DNA of 64,000 bases from Oikopleura dioica (taxonomy: Eukaryota > Animalia > Chordata): positions 6,448,001 through 6,512,000 of the forward strand of contig OU015569.1 in the NCBI GenBank assembly GCA_907165135.1, in the 5' to 3' direction. This document shows, one piece after another, positions 14,397 through 32,705 of the stretch. How positions within the stretch are numbered: the first letter of the stretch is position 1; each line of letters begins with the position of its first letter. Made by a program: the position numbers and the translations under genes. Below the pieces are notes generated by a model, which was not told where the DNA came from, made no database searches, and saw only the letters and a list, made by a program, of their open reading frames with translations.

Positions 14397-14698
14397 TTTT
14401 GTTACCACTCGGAGCTCGACTTAATTTCAAATGTGAAAAGGTGAGGCCGCGGTGGTGGAGTTCAGCACATCGAACACGGCCGCAAGCGCTTTCTCAAGCG
14501 GCGCCCTGCGAAAGGGTTATCGCAGCGAGGTCACAAGCGAGAAGGGCGCCGCGCGCAACGTTACATCGCCTATGCGATTATGATTTAGCCTGTTTACGAA
14601 TACCGTTTAATCCCCGCCGCGCGTTAGCCACTTGGCGAATCATTCTCCTCCGCCAAAATCCCATTAAATATGAGCAGAACTTTATTGAACAGAAAAAT

Positions 14699-15440
14699 TC
14701 AGCGATCTTCTTCGCAGCGATCTTCTTCGTCCTCTCCATTACTCGCAATTTTAACCTGTGCACACTGTGCTAAAGATTCTTTTCTTGATGAAGGTTGTAA
14801 TTCTGCCGCATTATCTAATTGATGATGGTAATTCGACAAGTCAATTGGCTCGTAATCTAAAATCAAAGCGTAAACTCTTATTAGGCAGTGCTTCCTAAAC
14901 AATAAATTCTGGTAGTAATTTTTACCTAGAAGACTTTCTATTCCGGCAACGCTCATCCCAGCCGAAAAAATCAAAGGAAATACGAGAAAAATTATCCCAT
15001 CAGTTCCAATAGCGGCGCCTAGGGATTACGAATCAAACTTGAGCAGAAGTTTTTAGTGGAAAAAAAACACCTTGAAAGCGGCCCCAAAGGGTGTCTTTGT
15101 GAGAACAGCCGTTATCGAGTATTTCTCCATGCTGAGTTGTTCCGCATACTGATTTTAGATGTGAAGCTTGTGACTCGGCGATAAAACTCTGAATTTTGAG
15201 AACAAACACTTTGAATCCCTCGTTAATTAAGTAATGCACCGAATCTTGTAACCGCTAATAACGAACGTTTCCTGATATTGACAGCGTTAAAAAGGCATAC
15301 ACTGCCATCCTGACAAACTTGAATTTGAAGATCGTGCAAAAGGCGCAGGTACTTTCATTGCAAAGTTAAAAAATGGTCTGTAAAAAATCACTTACCAGCT
15401 TTTTTTCGCTCGAACTATTGATGTTCCATTCTGTTTACTG
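14699..15440 (-). CDS. Small putative multi-pass membrane protein, unknown family
   Basis: Hydrophobic exon GAAIGTDGIIFLVFPLIFSAGMSVAGIESLL, a Cys-containing loop exon and an acidic tail. The start is unresolved. Confidence 0.35.
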
Positions 15441-15780
15441 AGTCTCTAAAAACAAAACTGTCTTGTCTTTCTTTTCAAAAACCTACTTTCCAGCTTCTCT
15501 GTCGCATCACTATTTGTCTCAGGAGTTCAACGCGAATAAACCTTATATTTTTTTACTTTCATTTTGTTAATTGAAAAACCGTGTGTCCTACAGTAGAACA
15601 AGACTACTAGTAATTAAATAATTATTCCGCATAAAACAAGCGAATAAGATCAGTAATCATTAATGAAAAATGGCTTATTTCGGAGAAGATACCACCTCTC
15701 TTACCTAAGTTCAAGTAAAGTGAAAGAGCTCTTGCATCAAAGAGATAGAGAAAAACGTTCTTGAAAATATACTGAAATAT

Positions 15781-16914
15781 TTATTGTTGGATTTTAAACA
15801 GTTTATGCATTCGTCGACCAAAGAAATAGTTTTTATCGTAGAAGCCGTGCCAGAGACCCGAATAATGAGGTCGGTAGTGTACCCTTCCTGGAGTAAATTT
15901 ATACGCTGCCGCCCTCAAATAAATTACAGTTGTCTCGCGCTTCCTTAATGTTCCTAAAACAACAAAGGTTTTTTTTCCTAGATACAAAATCGCTTACCAA
16001 TAACACGTTGAAATATGGAGAAAAAGGTGACTTTCATTTTGTAAGAAAATGCTGAACCCCGAATAAAGTAGGTAATATCGTCAAAAACAACTAGTCTTTC
16101 AGTTGGTTACATTTCTGAGCTTGAAGAATAAACGTAGGAAGTCGTAACCTGTGCCTGAACGGGCACTCTTTCTCCAAATTTAATAGAAGAGCAAGAAAGC
16201 GATCAACTTTCAATAACTGATCTTCGTCACCATCATCGTCCTCGTCGTCTACCTCCATTTCATTACTCTCGTCGATACTTTTTTCTTTACGACATCGACA
16301 ATGAAGCAGGCTTTCCTTTGAAAAACGTTTACCTAACGCTTGTTTAATTATCTTCTTACTAAAAATTCCTCCGTATCCATCTCCGAATCTTGCAGCCAGA
16401 TCAGCTCATCGGCGAATTCTTCGGCAGTTTCAAACCACAGTTTTTCCTTAATTTTGGTAAAAGTTTTCAATTTTAAACTGCAGGCATACTTTTGGATCTA
16501 CGAATAATACGCGCGTGTCAGTTCCATCGACGTACGAGCGAAGAATAGTATCGAGGCAGAGCTTCATCGTGGTCAGGGAAGCTTCGCAGGACGACAAATG
16601 ACAAAATTGGTAGACCTTGCCTTTCTCAAGAGTAAAGGTCTTTTTAACGAGAAACTCATTGACTGTTGAGTACGAATTCTCTTCAATTTTGACTTGCTGC
16701 GCTGCTGCTTCAAAATCCTCGACGTCGACGTCTATTTCCGAATCGTTCTCGTCAGATGGAATATCTCTCAAGAGCCAGTATCCTTTCCGTCGATTGCGTT
16801 TTTGCCATTTGGTATCGATAACTAAATCGCTGTTTTATAGCATTTTTGGCATCTTTTACCCTTGCTGAAGGCCAAAGGACAGTCCGCCACTATCTGATCA
16901 TCGTCAAACATCAT
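15781..16914 (-). CDS. Uncharacterised acidic multi-exon protein (weak resemblance to a degenerate RecA-like fold)
   Basis: ORF 16448-16771 plus flanking exons containing acidic tracts and a beta-strand-like RVLFVD. Boundaries uncertain. Confidence 0.35.
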
Positions 16915-17252
16915 GTCGATGAGCCTATATCTCTGACAAATAAAAAAACTGCAGCTTCTTAGTGACTCATTCTGAGATTTTTTCACTCGTAGGCGGGGAT
17001 TTTTCTCGACTATTGCCTTATTTTATTCATAATTCTTTCTAGAAATAATTCAATTGGACTTGCTTGAGAAGCAGTATTTAGGCATATTTAAGGCTGTCAA
17101 CATCAACTGAATTAAGGTTTTAGTAAAAGTTCGGCGCAGCTTTCATTTCGATGCATCTGCCTTTTCGACAAAAACACTCATTTTATTGATATCATAAATC
17201 ATTTTATTAGTATATTCTTCACACTGAAGAATAACAATCATTACTCAGAAAT

Positions 17253-20200
17253 TCAGGGGTTGTGAGAATGGAAGACGTTCCCGATGAATTCGCCTTCTTT
17301 GAAATTCACGTTGTAATAGTTGTGATCGGTAGTGATCTTCTCTCCAAGATGATTTGTGTAGCCCGCAACTGTGATTATTTGCCCATCTTCAGTTGTTAGA
17401 GCGAAACCGTCCAAACTAGCAGCCACTTTCGAAAGATTTAAAAAAGCTTGAATATTTTATTTAAGCGATTTTGTCGAATCTCTTCCTGCATGAGTACTGT
17501 TGCCTTGTTCATCATGGATGGTCTCCACACTCACAAGGAACTCGCTGAACATTCCAAATGCTAGAAATTCATTAGTAGATTTTCAATATTTAGCTTTTAT
17601 ACCGTCAAAGTGTCCTTCTTGAAAAACTATATTGAAATAATCCGCATTCTGCGTGAAGAAATGACGCTCTCCATTGCCATCAGTGTCATAATAGCCAGAT
17701 ACTCGAATCGTTTCGCCAGTCTGCAATGACGTCAGTTCCATGTAAGAGAGAGTATAAGTTTGTATCTCGCCGTAACTTTTGTTGGTTTCGTATTTTGTAA
17801 GAAATCTTTACTTGTAAGATATTAAAAACGGTTCCTAGGCTCATTTTGACTTTGTTCGGGGTACATGAGGCTCTGGCAAGTGTTGACGGGCACCTCGTTC
17901 GCTTCACAAAGCATCATCTCCTGTGGCGAGTCTTGATTGCCGCCGCAAAGATTGGTTTGTGTTCGGAACTTAAAGTTTCTGTCGTCAAAGAAACAACACG
18001 GCGACCAGTCAGTCCAAGTTTCAATGCAACATTCTCCCTACTAATGATCAGTAATATTCTTCAGGACAGAATCCTACCATGTAGCATTCAATGGTCTCTG
18101 GGAACTGTTCGTTTTGCTCATTGTATCTAAAGCGAGTCTTGGATCCAAGTCCACAAGAAGTAGAACAGAGTCCCCACTCCGACCACTCAGAAATGAATTG
18201 GATTGACTGAATTGACTGTTGGCCGCATGATTGTTGGTTGCAGTCAACGGTTTGTACTTCGGACTGCGCGGAGCATTCTTGGTATCGAGTTCTTGATTTG
18301 ATTCCACCACCACAATCAGCCGAACACAGAGTCCAGGCAGACCTTAAAGATATGATATTAAAAGCAAAAATAAAATTTCGTCTACCAGGCACCAAATCGA
18401 TTGGCAATCGCCAAGACGTTGCAAGACTTTTCCTGGACGAAGTCGTCTTCACCACAAGAATGTGTTTTACGTCTGTACTGCATGCCATCTCCGCAGCTAC
18501 TGCTACAAGAAGACCATTGCGACCAGTTAGAATAGACGCCGTTATTGCTGATACATTCTCGAGTCTCTTCATAGACATTATCAGAACAAGAATTCGTGAT
18601 CGATCGAGACTGGACGCCAGTGCCGCAAGAAGTAGAACATGCAGACCAACTTCCAACAATATCACGACCGCTGCCGCCGTTGCAAGAGTCGACTTCGCTG
18701 TTGGTTCCAGAAAGATTCAAACAATCGTCTCGAGATCCCTGACACTGACGCAATCGTTCGCGGAAACCAGTACCACAAGAGGTTGAGCAAGAACTCCAAA
18801 TTCCCCAGGAGGCCCAATAAGCGCAACGAGGTGCTACACAAGTTTTTTCCTGTTGTTCTACGCGATCAGTACAGCTTTCAGAGCGCTGGCGGAATGATAG
18901 AACTGGGTCTTCATTTTGATTATAACAGCTAAAAAATAATTTTAAAAACTCATTTTTGCCGTTTGATTACCTTGGGCAGGCCGACCATTGGGACCACTGA
19001 GAATACTGACCAAGAGTCCCACAATTTTGTTCTTGTCTCTGAGTAGGCTCTCCGCAGCTGTGATTCCGATTTCGATACTTTTTCCCGCCAGGACAGGACT
19101 GCGAGCATTCCGACCATTCAGACCACTGACCGTAATACCCTGGAGAAGTGTTGCAATTCGCTTCTTGGGTTTGAGCTTCGTGCGTGCATGAATGGTCTCG
19201 TTGTCGAGTTTTAGTCCCACCTCCGCAGGAAGCACTGCAAATCGACCACTGAGACCAATATGACCAGCTTCCTCTAGTCACGACGCAGCCAACAGTCTCG
19301 GTGTCAATATCGCCGCCGCAGATTCGTCTTCGATCTCGAGTTTTTGAACCGTAATCACAAGAAGCCGAGCATTCAGTCCAAGCGTTCCAAGAGGTGTATC
19401 CGGGATCGATACCTGTGCAGTAAGAAAACTCGTATGATTCCCCGAGGCAAGAAATACCAGCAGTTCCATATTGACAATCGCGTTGACGAGATCGGCTTCC
19501 ATCGCCGCAACTGACATCGCAAGCCGACCACTGAGACCACGATGTCCATGCAGGGCATCTTCCAGAATCGCAAATCTAAATTTGGAGATTAACTGAAGAG
19601 TAGCCGTTATTACCTCCGATTCTTGTGTCGATTCAATGCACGGACCAGATCTGTCTCGATATCGAACACCACGGCCGCAGGAGGCTGAACACTGACTCCA
19701 CTGTGTCCACTCGGAAATCGGTGCTTGGTTGATGCAAGTTCGTCGCTCAGTGTTGACTGCCCTTCCCCGACAGTCTCGAGTTGATCTTGAGCTAATTCCA
19801 GAGCCACACGAGACAGAGCAGGTGCTCCATTCTGACCAATCCGAGATGTCGCAACATGCTTCTAGATCACAATTGACGGTCTCACTTTCAGTCGACTGGC
19901 TGCAAGAATGTCTTCTCACTCGGGATCGCAAAGCTTCGCCACAGGAAGCGCTACACGAGCTCCACTGCTCCCACATTGCCCAATTACCGTCACTGATGAA
20001 ACAAGAGTCTTCATGGACGCTGTCACCTGAGCATAAGTATCCGCGGTTGAGGTCTTCTCCGATGCATTCTCGCTGTTTTCGGCGATATCCAGGACCACAT
20101 GTTGTCGAGCAAGAGCTCCATGCACCCCAACCGGACCAGTACGCGCAGCTAAAGTTATGCTTACTTCTGATTCTATTATTTTATCTAACGTCATATTAGT

Positions 20201-20710
20201 AAGTCACTAATCATATAGTATATGGTTGATTATGTTATAATATTATATGATTTAGTGAAAATTAAGGATGTTTAGACTTACGTGTCGTCCACTGGGGATG
20301 AACAAGGCTTGTGGGAAAGAGCAGCACCAGGACAACATCCATTCAATCCTATTGTTAGAATGAATTATTGAAACATTTAAATTTCTGTTGAAAATCAAAC
20401 CTTGAATTCCCCCATCACATCGACGAACCCTCGTCTGTCTAGGTCTTCCGCATTTGGAGGTGCACTCATTCCAGGCGCCCCAACGCAGCCAGCCACAGTT
20501 TGGCGGCGGTGTCACAGTCGCTGGCTCCTCAGTGATGTAAACATCGACGTAATTTATTCTTGGCGGGATCGTTACCGTGCTTGCCGAGTCGTCACTAGAA
20601 CATCAAGCTACTATCTATCTTTCTCTTGCAATTTACTTATCGACAAAGTTAATAATCCGATTGCCCAAACTTCTCGCCACAAAAATAAGAGAAAAATTAA
20701 AGAAACGCAT
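17253..20710 (-). CDS. Secreted protein with about 15-16 thrombospondin type-1 repeats and a duplicated C-terminal module
   Basis: Signal peptide MRFFNFSLIFVARSLG, repeated WSxWSxCSxSCGxG-x-R-x-R motifs across ORFs 18048-20515, and two similar C-terminal units (IRVSGY..DYFNIVFQEG and ITVAGY..NYYNVNFKEG). Confidence 0.85.
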
Positions 20711-21157
20711 TCTGCATTTAAATCAAATGCTAAAATGACTGACTACTTGGCCAAAAAGGCGTCCCTTGTAACAGGTGCTCCTCCGCGAAAATTCGCAGCT
20801 TTTCGAAAATATTTCCAAATAAGGGCATGAAAAATATTTTGATAGAAATCTTGCATGTATACGAAAAATATACGACTCTTTTAAAAAAAATATTTGGGTC
20901 AGACAAGTTCTTTTCATGAAATTCCGGTGTTTCAAACTATGGGAGTGTTAGACATTCTTAATTTCAAAATTTATGCTCTCCTTTGCGTCGAAAAGGAAAT
21001 TGGGCTTGGCGTAGCTGGCCAACGCTTTTTTCAGTTCGAGACGAATTCGAGAGCGTCTCGATTCACGTGGAGGATAAAAAGACGGGGCCAATGCCTGACC
21101 AACCAGTTTCCTCGACTCCCCCCACGTGGATTCTCTAAACTTTTTTAATATCTAATT

Positions 21158-26273
<5,116 letters not shown>

Positions 26274-26561
26274 ATATTTCTTTTCTTTATATTTTCTTCT
26301 ATTTCCATTCCTTATCATTTATTCGTTCATTTTGTTAACTGATACTTCTTAGCTTTTTAATAAGAGCGTTTTGACGAATCTTATGTGACCAAGTTGTTAA
26401 TTTAGAAAAAAGAGGTCTTCCAGGCGCGTCTTCCAGGAGCGCGCGTCCTCCGAGCAGGCGGGAGTTAGAGAACAAGGGTCGCTCGAGCCCGAGTTTCGGA
26501 GAAACAGAGACGACCAAAGAAAATGAAGAGGATGACCGGCAGCCAGTAGTTATTGAATCTA

Positions 26562-28289
26562 ATGAGAAAACTTCCATTTCAACGCTTGCTCGGGTCCACG
26601 TGTACTTCGCCTCCGCCGATTCGTCGGAATCTCGGTAAATATCCAATAGCGCTCTAATGTTGACATTATTTTTTTCGGCAGTTTTGCCCGAAATAAGCGA
26701 AGAAAGTACGAAATCTGTGAAACCTGAGTTCTGGTACGAGTTCTACCTGGGCCATTTTGCGAGCAGTCAGACGAAACCTTTTGTGTCGAGCACATTTGTC
26801 CGCGATGTTCAAAATTTACGTCGCGAGTTTGGCCTCGTCAGCGACCTTCAAAAGCCGAACAGCAGCGAATTCTGCGACTCAAAGCTGCGAACACTGTATA
26901 TTCAGCAGCAACTAGAAACGCATCCGAACAGGATGAGCTTAAAAGCGCTCAACGACGCTTTCCGGTTGCTGACTCGTGCTCGCAAAGAGAAGATCGCCGT
27001 TGATTCTCGGCTCTCCTACCTAAATTCATTTGCGTCTCTCTCCGAAAGGTATCAAACTCCTGTGCCGAAATTTTTGGACTTGAATCTTGTCGAAAAAATG
27101 GACGATTTTTCCCTCGATGAAAAAATGGCTCTGGAAAAGAAATGCTGGAACGAGTTTCTAGAGCGGGCTGCTCGGGACAGACAAGAACACATTCAAAACC
27201 TGCTTTCAAATAGTGGCGAAGAAATCGACCTAGAGAAAAAAGTAAAGACGCGGCGTGCAGAGTTGCGAAAGAAATACAAGTTCCATCGCCACATAGAATT
27301 CCGCGCCACACCATACATTCTCTTTCTAGGAAGTCTGAAAAAGAAAGACAAGAATGTTTCGAATGCGGAATTACGCGAACGCTTCCCTCCATCAAAGTGG
27401 ACTACCTTGATCGAGGAAACGGATGTGCGTTTTTACGAAATTCAGTCGCGTACCATGTTCGAACGGTATACGGCCCAGAACAGGCAAAGGCAGGGATTGA
27501 AAGATGCTACTTATCGTTCTCATTTTTCTTGGATATTTCTATGTGTACATTTGAGAGCTCCATCAATCCTCAATTAGTTCTCTTGAAGCCATTTTGAAGA
27601 AAGATTGGCTAGCCTTGAAGCCAAGCGAAGTCAAGTCATACTCGCCGGAAAAGTTCGAAGAGTATGAGCAAGCAATCGAAGCTTTCAAATGCTCTCTTAG
27701 AAATCCGATCGAGCTGACTTTTGGACACGGTTCTTCACATTTTGGACCTATTTTGCAAGGCTCCCTGCCGCCAACGCTCACTCAAATAAGAACTTTGGCG
27801 CGAGATCAACAAGCCAAGACCAGAGAAAATGACTTGGAGGCGGAAGAACTTATGAAGAATAAGAGAAAGGAATACAACTTCTCGACTAACATAAGTAAGT
27901 TGATTTCATACATGAATAGCTCTTACATTCTGAATTCAGACTTCACCCAGAGTCCGATCCGTCTCTTTGCGAATAAAATGCGTAAAGAAAACTCGAATCT
28001 GAAATACGCGGAAATCAAAGAGATGTTCAAAAAGTTCAAGGCGAGAGCTTGGCCAAACTTCACGAGGAATCCGCGACATTGAGAACAGTCTTCAACAATC
28101 AAAATAAAATAGCTGCCGAAGCTGCTATTTCATCGCGTGATTGGGGAGCGTTGCGTAGAGCTGAAGTGAAGAAATATGGCTCGCATGAGGACTATAAGCT
28201 GTATTTGTAAGCACTTACTATCTTTATCGCTCTTCAACTTCCATTTATTCAGAAAATATTTGGAGCAGTCGCAAGCAACGCCAAATTAG
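26562..28289 (+). CDS. Putative mitochondrial protein with HMG-box-like segments
   Basis: First exon encodes a presequence-like peptide (MRKLPFQRLLGSTCTSPPPIRRNL) spliced into ORF 26657-27577. HMG-like segments TPYILFLGSLKKKDKNVSNAEL and SPIRLFANKMRKENSNLKYAEIKEMF. Confidence 0.45.
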
Positions 28290-28499
28290 TTACAAAATCA
28301 CCAAACTCGACTTACATGTATTGACCCGAACTACCACAAAGCCAGATTCATTCAATTCAAAACCGATTTGCTTTCATCTTTTAATGCCTTCATACTGACC
28401 TTTTTCCTTCTTTTCCTGACTTGCTATCCAATCTTCCAACCAATCTGCCTCTTGAATCTTAGTTCTTTTTCAATAATTTTAGAAATTGAAGTCGGAAAC

Positions 28500-31400
28500 A
28501 TGCGGCTGCAAGGGGATAGGCCCAATCCCAACCAAAAGAACTTTCGCTTTCCTATCACCGATTACAAGGCGGGTTCTATTGTCTATCTCTGCATGGAGAA
28601 TTTCATGAGCACCGACTTCACGGAGTACAAGTTCAACCCGACTACTAACTACATCTTCGGCGCTAACGGAACTGGGAAGTCGACCATCGTGGCTGGATTA
28701 TTCCTTGTCTTCGACGGCCGAGTTAGCAAATTGGGACGCTCTGATGACTTGTCAATGTTCGTTAATCGAGAACGACCAAATAAGAAAGCGCGGATCACTG
28801 TTGAAATTTCAACTGGCAAAGGTACTACGATCGGCATCGAGCGATCTTGGTGCTCTGGAAAGAACAAAAACACTCGATGGAAGATGAGAGCCGGTAAGAA
28901 TCATCTATTTTAGTCTTAATTTTGAATTATTTTTACAGAGAGATCGTCGACCTTCCATCCTTTGAACAACAAAGATGAGCTGACACGTACTCTCAACAAA
29001 TACAATCTTCATGTGATGAACTTGATGCAGTTTCTGCCGCAGGAGAAAGTGAACGATTTGAGCGACCTTTCGTCCAAAGATCGACTCGAGGCGTTTCAAC
29101 AGAGCATCAGCGATGGGAAGGAGAACTTGCTCTTGAAGCACCAGAAACTGATTGAGTACCAGAAGCACATGAAGGACGCCAAGAACGAGATCCGTGTCGC
29201 AGAAAACGCACTCGTTGATTTGAAACGCACGCGAGACCGCGATCAAGTACGAGTCGAAAGATTCAACGACATGAAAGCGGCTCTGGAGAAGAAACAGAAG
29301 CTTGTCCTGATCAAGAATACTGCGGAATGGTGTCTCAAGAAAGAGCTGCTCGAGTTCGTCGAAGGCTGTTTCGAAGATTGGGAAGAACAGCACAAGGAGG
29401 TGAAAGAGAAACTGTTGAAAGAATGCTCGTTTAATCTCGAGAAACTGGACAAGGAGGAAGCGACTCTCAAGAAAAGACTCTTTAAAGATCAGGGAGTGTT
29501 TGACGATAAGAAATCTCAGGAGTACAAGCTTCTGATGAAAGCCGTTGCTGCAAGCACCTCATTGACTTCGAATATTTATCGCGTCAACAAATACAAACAA
29601 GAAACGATTGACGTGATGACGGAGAATCAGGAGCTTGACATTACGATGAAAAACAAAGAAGAAGCATACCCGAAGACGAAAGAAGCTGCTGAGGAAAATA
29701 AAGCTGAAAGAGAACGGCTGAAGCAGGAGTACCTGCGAAATATTGATGGGTTGGAAAAGCAGGTCAAGCGTCTAAGGCCGTCGGAAAATGATCTTCGAAA
29801 AAAACAAGAAGAAGCTCAGGTCGCGATCAGTACGTTCGAAAAACAGCTCAACAGTATCGAAACTAAGTTGAAAGCACAGGAGAACTTTGATGCACAGCGA
29901 ATACTTGTTTTGCAGCGAACAGAGTATTTCAAGCGCGCCCAAGTGGATCTTATGAACACGATCAAGTTATGGGAATTGATTGACCAAAACAAGCAACGTT
30001 TTCGTGCTGAGGTGTTCCCTCCTCCCATTCTCTCCCTCGGCTGCCTTCCAGCTCATCTTGATATCCTAATGGACTCCGTGCACAGCACCCCACTCATGTC
30101 CATCATTTGCCAGACAAGCGAAGATCTGCGGGAAACCAACGCGCTCGCAAGAGAGAATGGTCTCCACAGAATCGCCAACGCTCGAGTGGAGAATGGAAGC
30201 GTCGACCGAATCAAGAGCGATCGGATCGACTTTAAACGATATGGGTTCGAATGCTCACTGATTGATTTTCTCATCGGTCCAGAACCTGTGCGACGATACC
30301 TTTGCCAAAATGCGAACGTGCATAACATCCTCTACGGACAAAAAGAGCCTAACCTTGCGAACATGAGCGAGCGCGACCAAAAAATTGCGGACCTATTACG
30401 TCTACAACAAGAACGCGCGGGTGTTCAAGAAGGTTGTTCGCCGACAAAATCAGTACACAGGCAACTTTAATACTGTCGACACAAACCCACAATCAAGAGC
30501 TTCTTTGGGAGAGTGCTTCAAATATTTCAAAGACTCAGGTAATGAAGAACTGCTGAAGGATTCTTCTTAACTATTCTCTTTAGAAAAGGAGGCCCAGCTG
30601 TCGAAGCAACGTGCAGACATCGCCAAACAAATGGAAGTCGTAGAGCGAAGACTGCACGAGATCAAAAAAGAACGTCATACGGTTGCAGTCCAGATCACTG
30701 ATTTGCAGAAAGAAATGAATGAATTGAAGACAGAGCTGAAGGGCGGAAACTCGAAGGAGCACAAGGTCCGTGGCGCGCTCAAAGAATACAACAGCATTTT
30801 GCGCAAACGCAAGAACACTCCTTTCATTGTCCTCGAACTTCAAAAGTTCATCAAAAAGGAAATGGAGCAGAGCATTGAAAACTTGAAGGTATGAAAAAGA
30901 AATAGATCAAAGAAACCCTATCTCTTTCGTTTAGACTGTTGGAAAATGCATTGAAGCCCTCAATCAAAAGTTCAACTTGGAGAAAGACCATGTAAAAAGC
31001 TACATCGAAGTCTGCGGAAAGAAGGCGTTCTTTTTGAAAGAGAAGGAAAAGCGAGAGTCCCAATTGAAGGATCAAATCGAGCAGGGGGCATTGTTCAAAC
31101 AGGACAGGGATATTGTTAGACAGCTTGTCGCCAGAGCCGCAAGCAGACTCATTTCTCAAGGCGATAAAGTCTTGAACAAGAAGGATGTGAAAGAGATCGT
31201 GAAGCGCGTGAAGAAAATGACGGAATGGAAGGAGGACTACGTCAAGATGCCCGAAATTACTGATATCAAGCAGTAGTAAGTCCTTTTCCCGAATCGGGGA
31301 CCCTGATGAGCTATGAAAATAATTATAAAAATCTCGACAATGAATGTAATTAAATATTTCTAGCAACGACAAGGAGGAGCAGCTAATTGAAAAGATCGGC

Positions 31401-32256
31401 CTGGAAATTCGCCAAGCTCAGGCAAAGTATGAAGAGCTCAGATCAATGGGAACGCCGATTGATGAGTCCGATGTCCAGAATTACCACACTCTGGTCAGGA
31501 AGATTGAAACCGAAACTCGACGCATCGAGAAGCTGAAAAGACAGGATGCGAATCAGGCCAATGTTACCGAGGAGCTAAAGAATGCCTGGTATCCTGAGCT
31601 TCAAGCGCAGGTCGCATTCGTCGCTCAGCGTTTTAAGGTACATCTTCTTACCAGTAATTTGTTTTTATGTTTGAATTAATAGAAAAACTTTGCGACGATC
31701 AACTGCAGAGCTGATGTAGAGCTTTATATCCCGGATAACCCAAACGACTTCAGTGAATATGGGCTGGATATTAAAGTTCAATATCGAGCTGGCGACGAGA
31801 TGGCCATCATTAAGGTCAATCGACAGTCAGGAGGAGAACGCTCTGTGGCTGCCATGCTCTTCCTGCTCTCAATGCCGACCAAGAACTGTCCCTTCCGTCT
31901 TGTGGATGAGATTAATCAGGTCTTTATTTTGTCTTATCATAACATTCTCGTGTGTTTCGTTTCTAATTCATATTTTAAGGGAATGGACAGTTACAACGAG
32001 CAGAATGTCTACAAGGTTGTCAAGGAACTCACTGACAACGCGAAAGAGAAGGAGATGTGCCAGCTCTTCATCATTAGTCCGAAGGTACAGCAGCCACGCT
32101 TAGCGTCCAATTTGAGCTCATTTTCAGCTCCTTCGAAACATCAAATACTCGGAGAAGGGATCTGTAAGCATTCTGCACAACTCCTTCCCGCGATGCCCGA
32201 CGACTTTCACATCTCCGATGTCGGAGCTCGCTCAGATCAAGCAGATCGAAAGTTAG
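28500..32256 (+). CDS. SMC5: Structural maintenance of chromosomes protein 5
   Basis: GSIVYLCMENF, Walker A GANGTGKSTIV, long coiled coils with hinge, signature QSGGERSV, CPFRLVDEINQGMD and PKLLRNIKYS. Confidence 0.93.
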
Positions 32257-32705
32257 AAGAAAGGCGCATAAAAATAGTTATCTTTAGTTCACTCATTGCC
32301 ACTAACTCATTGGAAAACCCAGAAACCTGTTATTTAAGTTCACTGCCTTATACTTCCTACCGTTCCTTCTATCGGTTGCTGGTTATATTTTTATCCCATA
32401 CAAAGCGGTCAGCTCGTAATATGATTGTACGTTACAATTTGTACCTGAAATTGAAATAAAATAATATTTGCCTCGAGATCTCACTGTGTCCATTTGCCCC
32501 GCCGCGTTCACAACTGTTTGGTTCGTTCTGTATTTTGACCCCGATTTTGAAACCGTCACCGATAATATCGGAGTTTTCGGTTGCGCGAATCCTTGCCGCG
32601 TTTTTTTCGAAGCATAACATAAGAGAAATCGCACGTAAGTTTGGATAAAATGAAAACGTATAATGATTTCTAAAACAAAGGTTACTGTTCAGAATATTCT
32701 TTGAA

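Noticed and set aside
26335-26646. Minus-strand 103-aa ORF as a separate gene
   Set aside because: No recognisable motif. It overlaps the predicted first exon of the plus-strand gene at 26562, and both strands are open, so coding status is unresolved.
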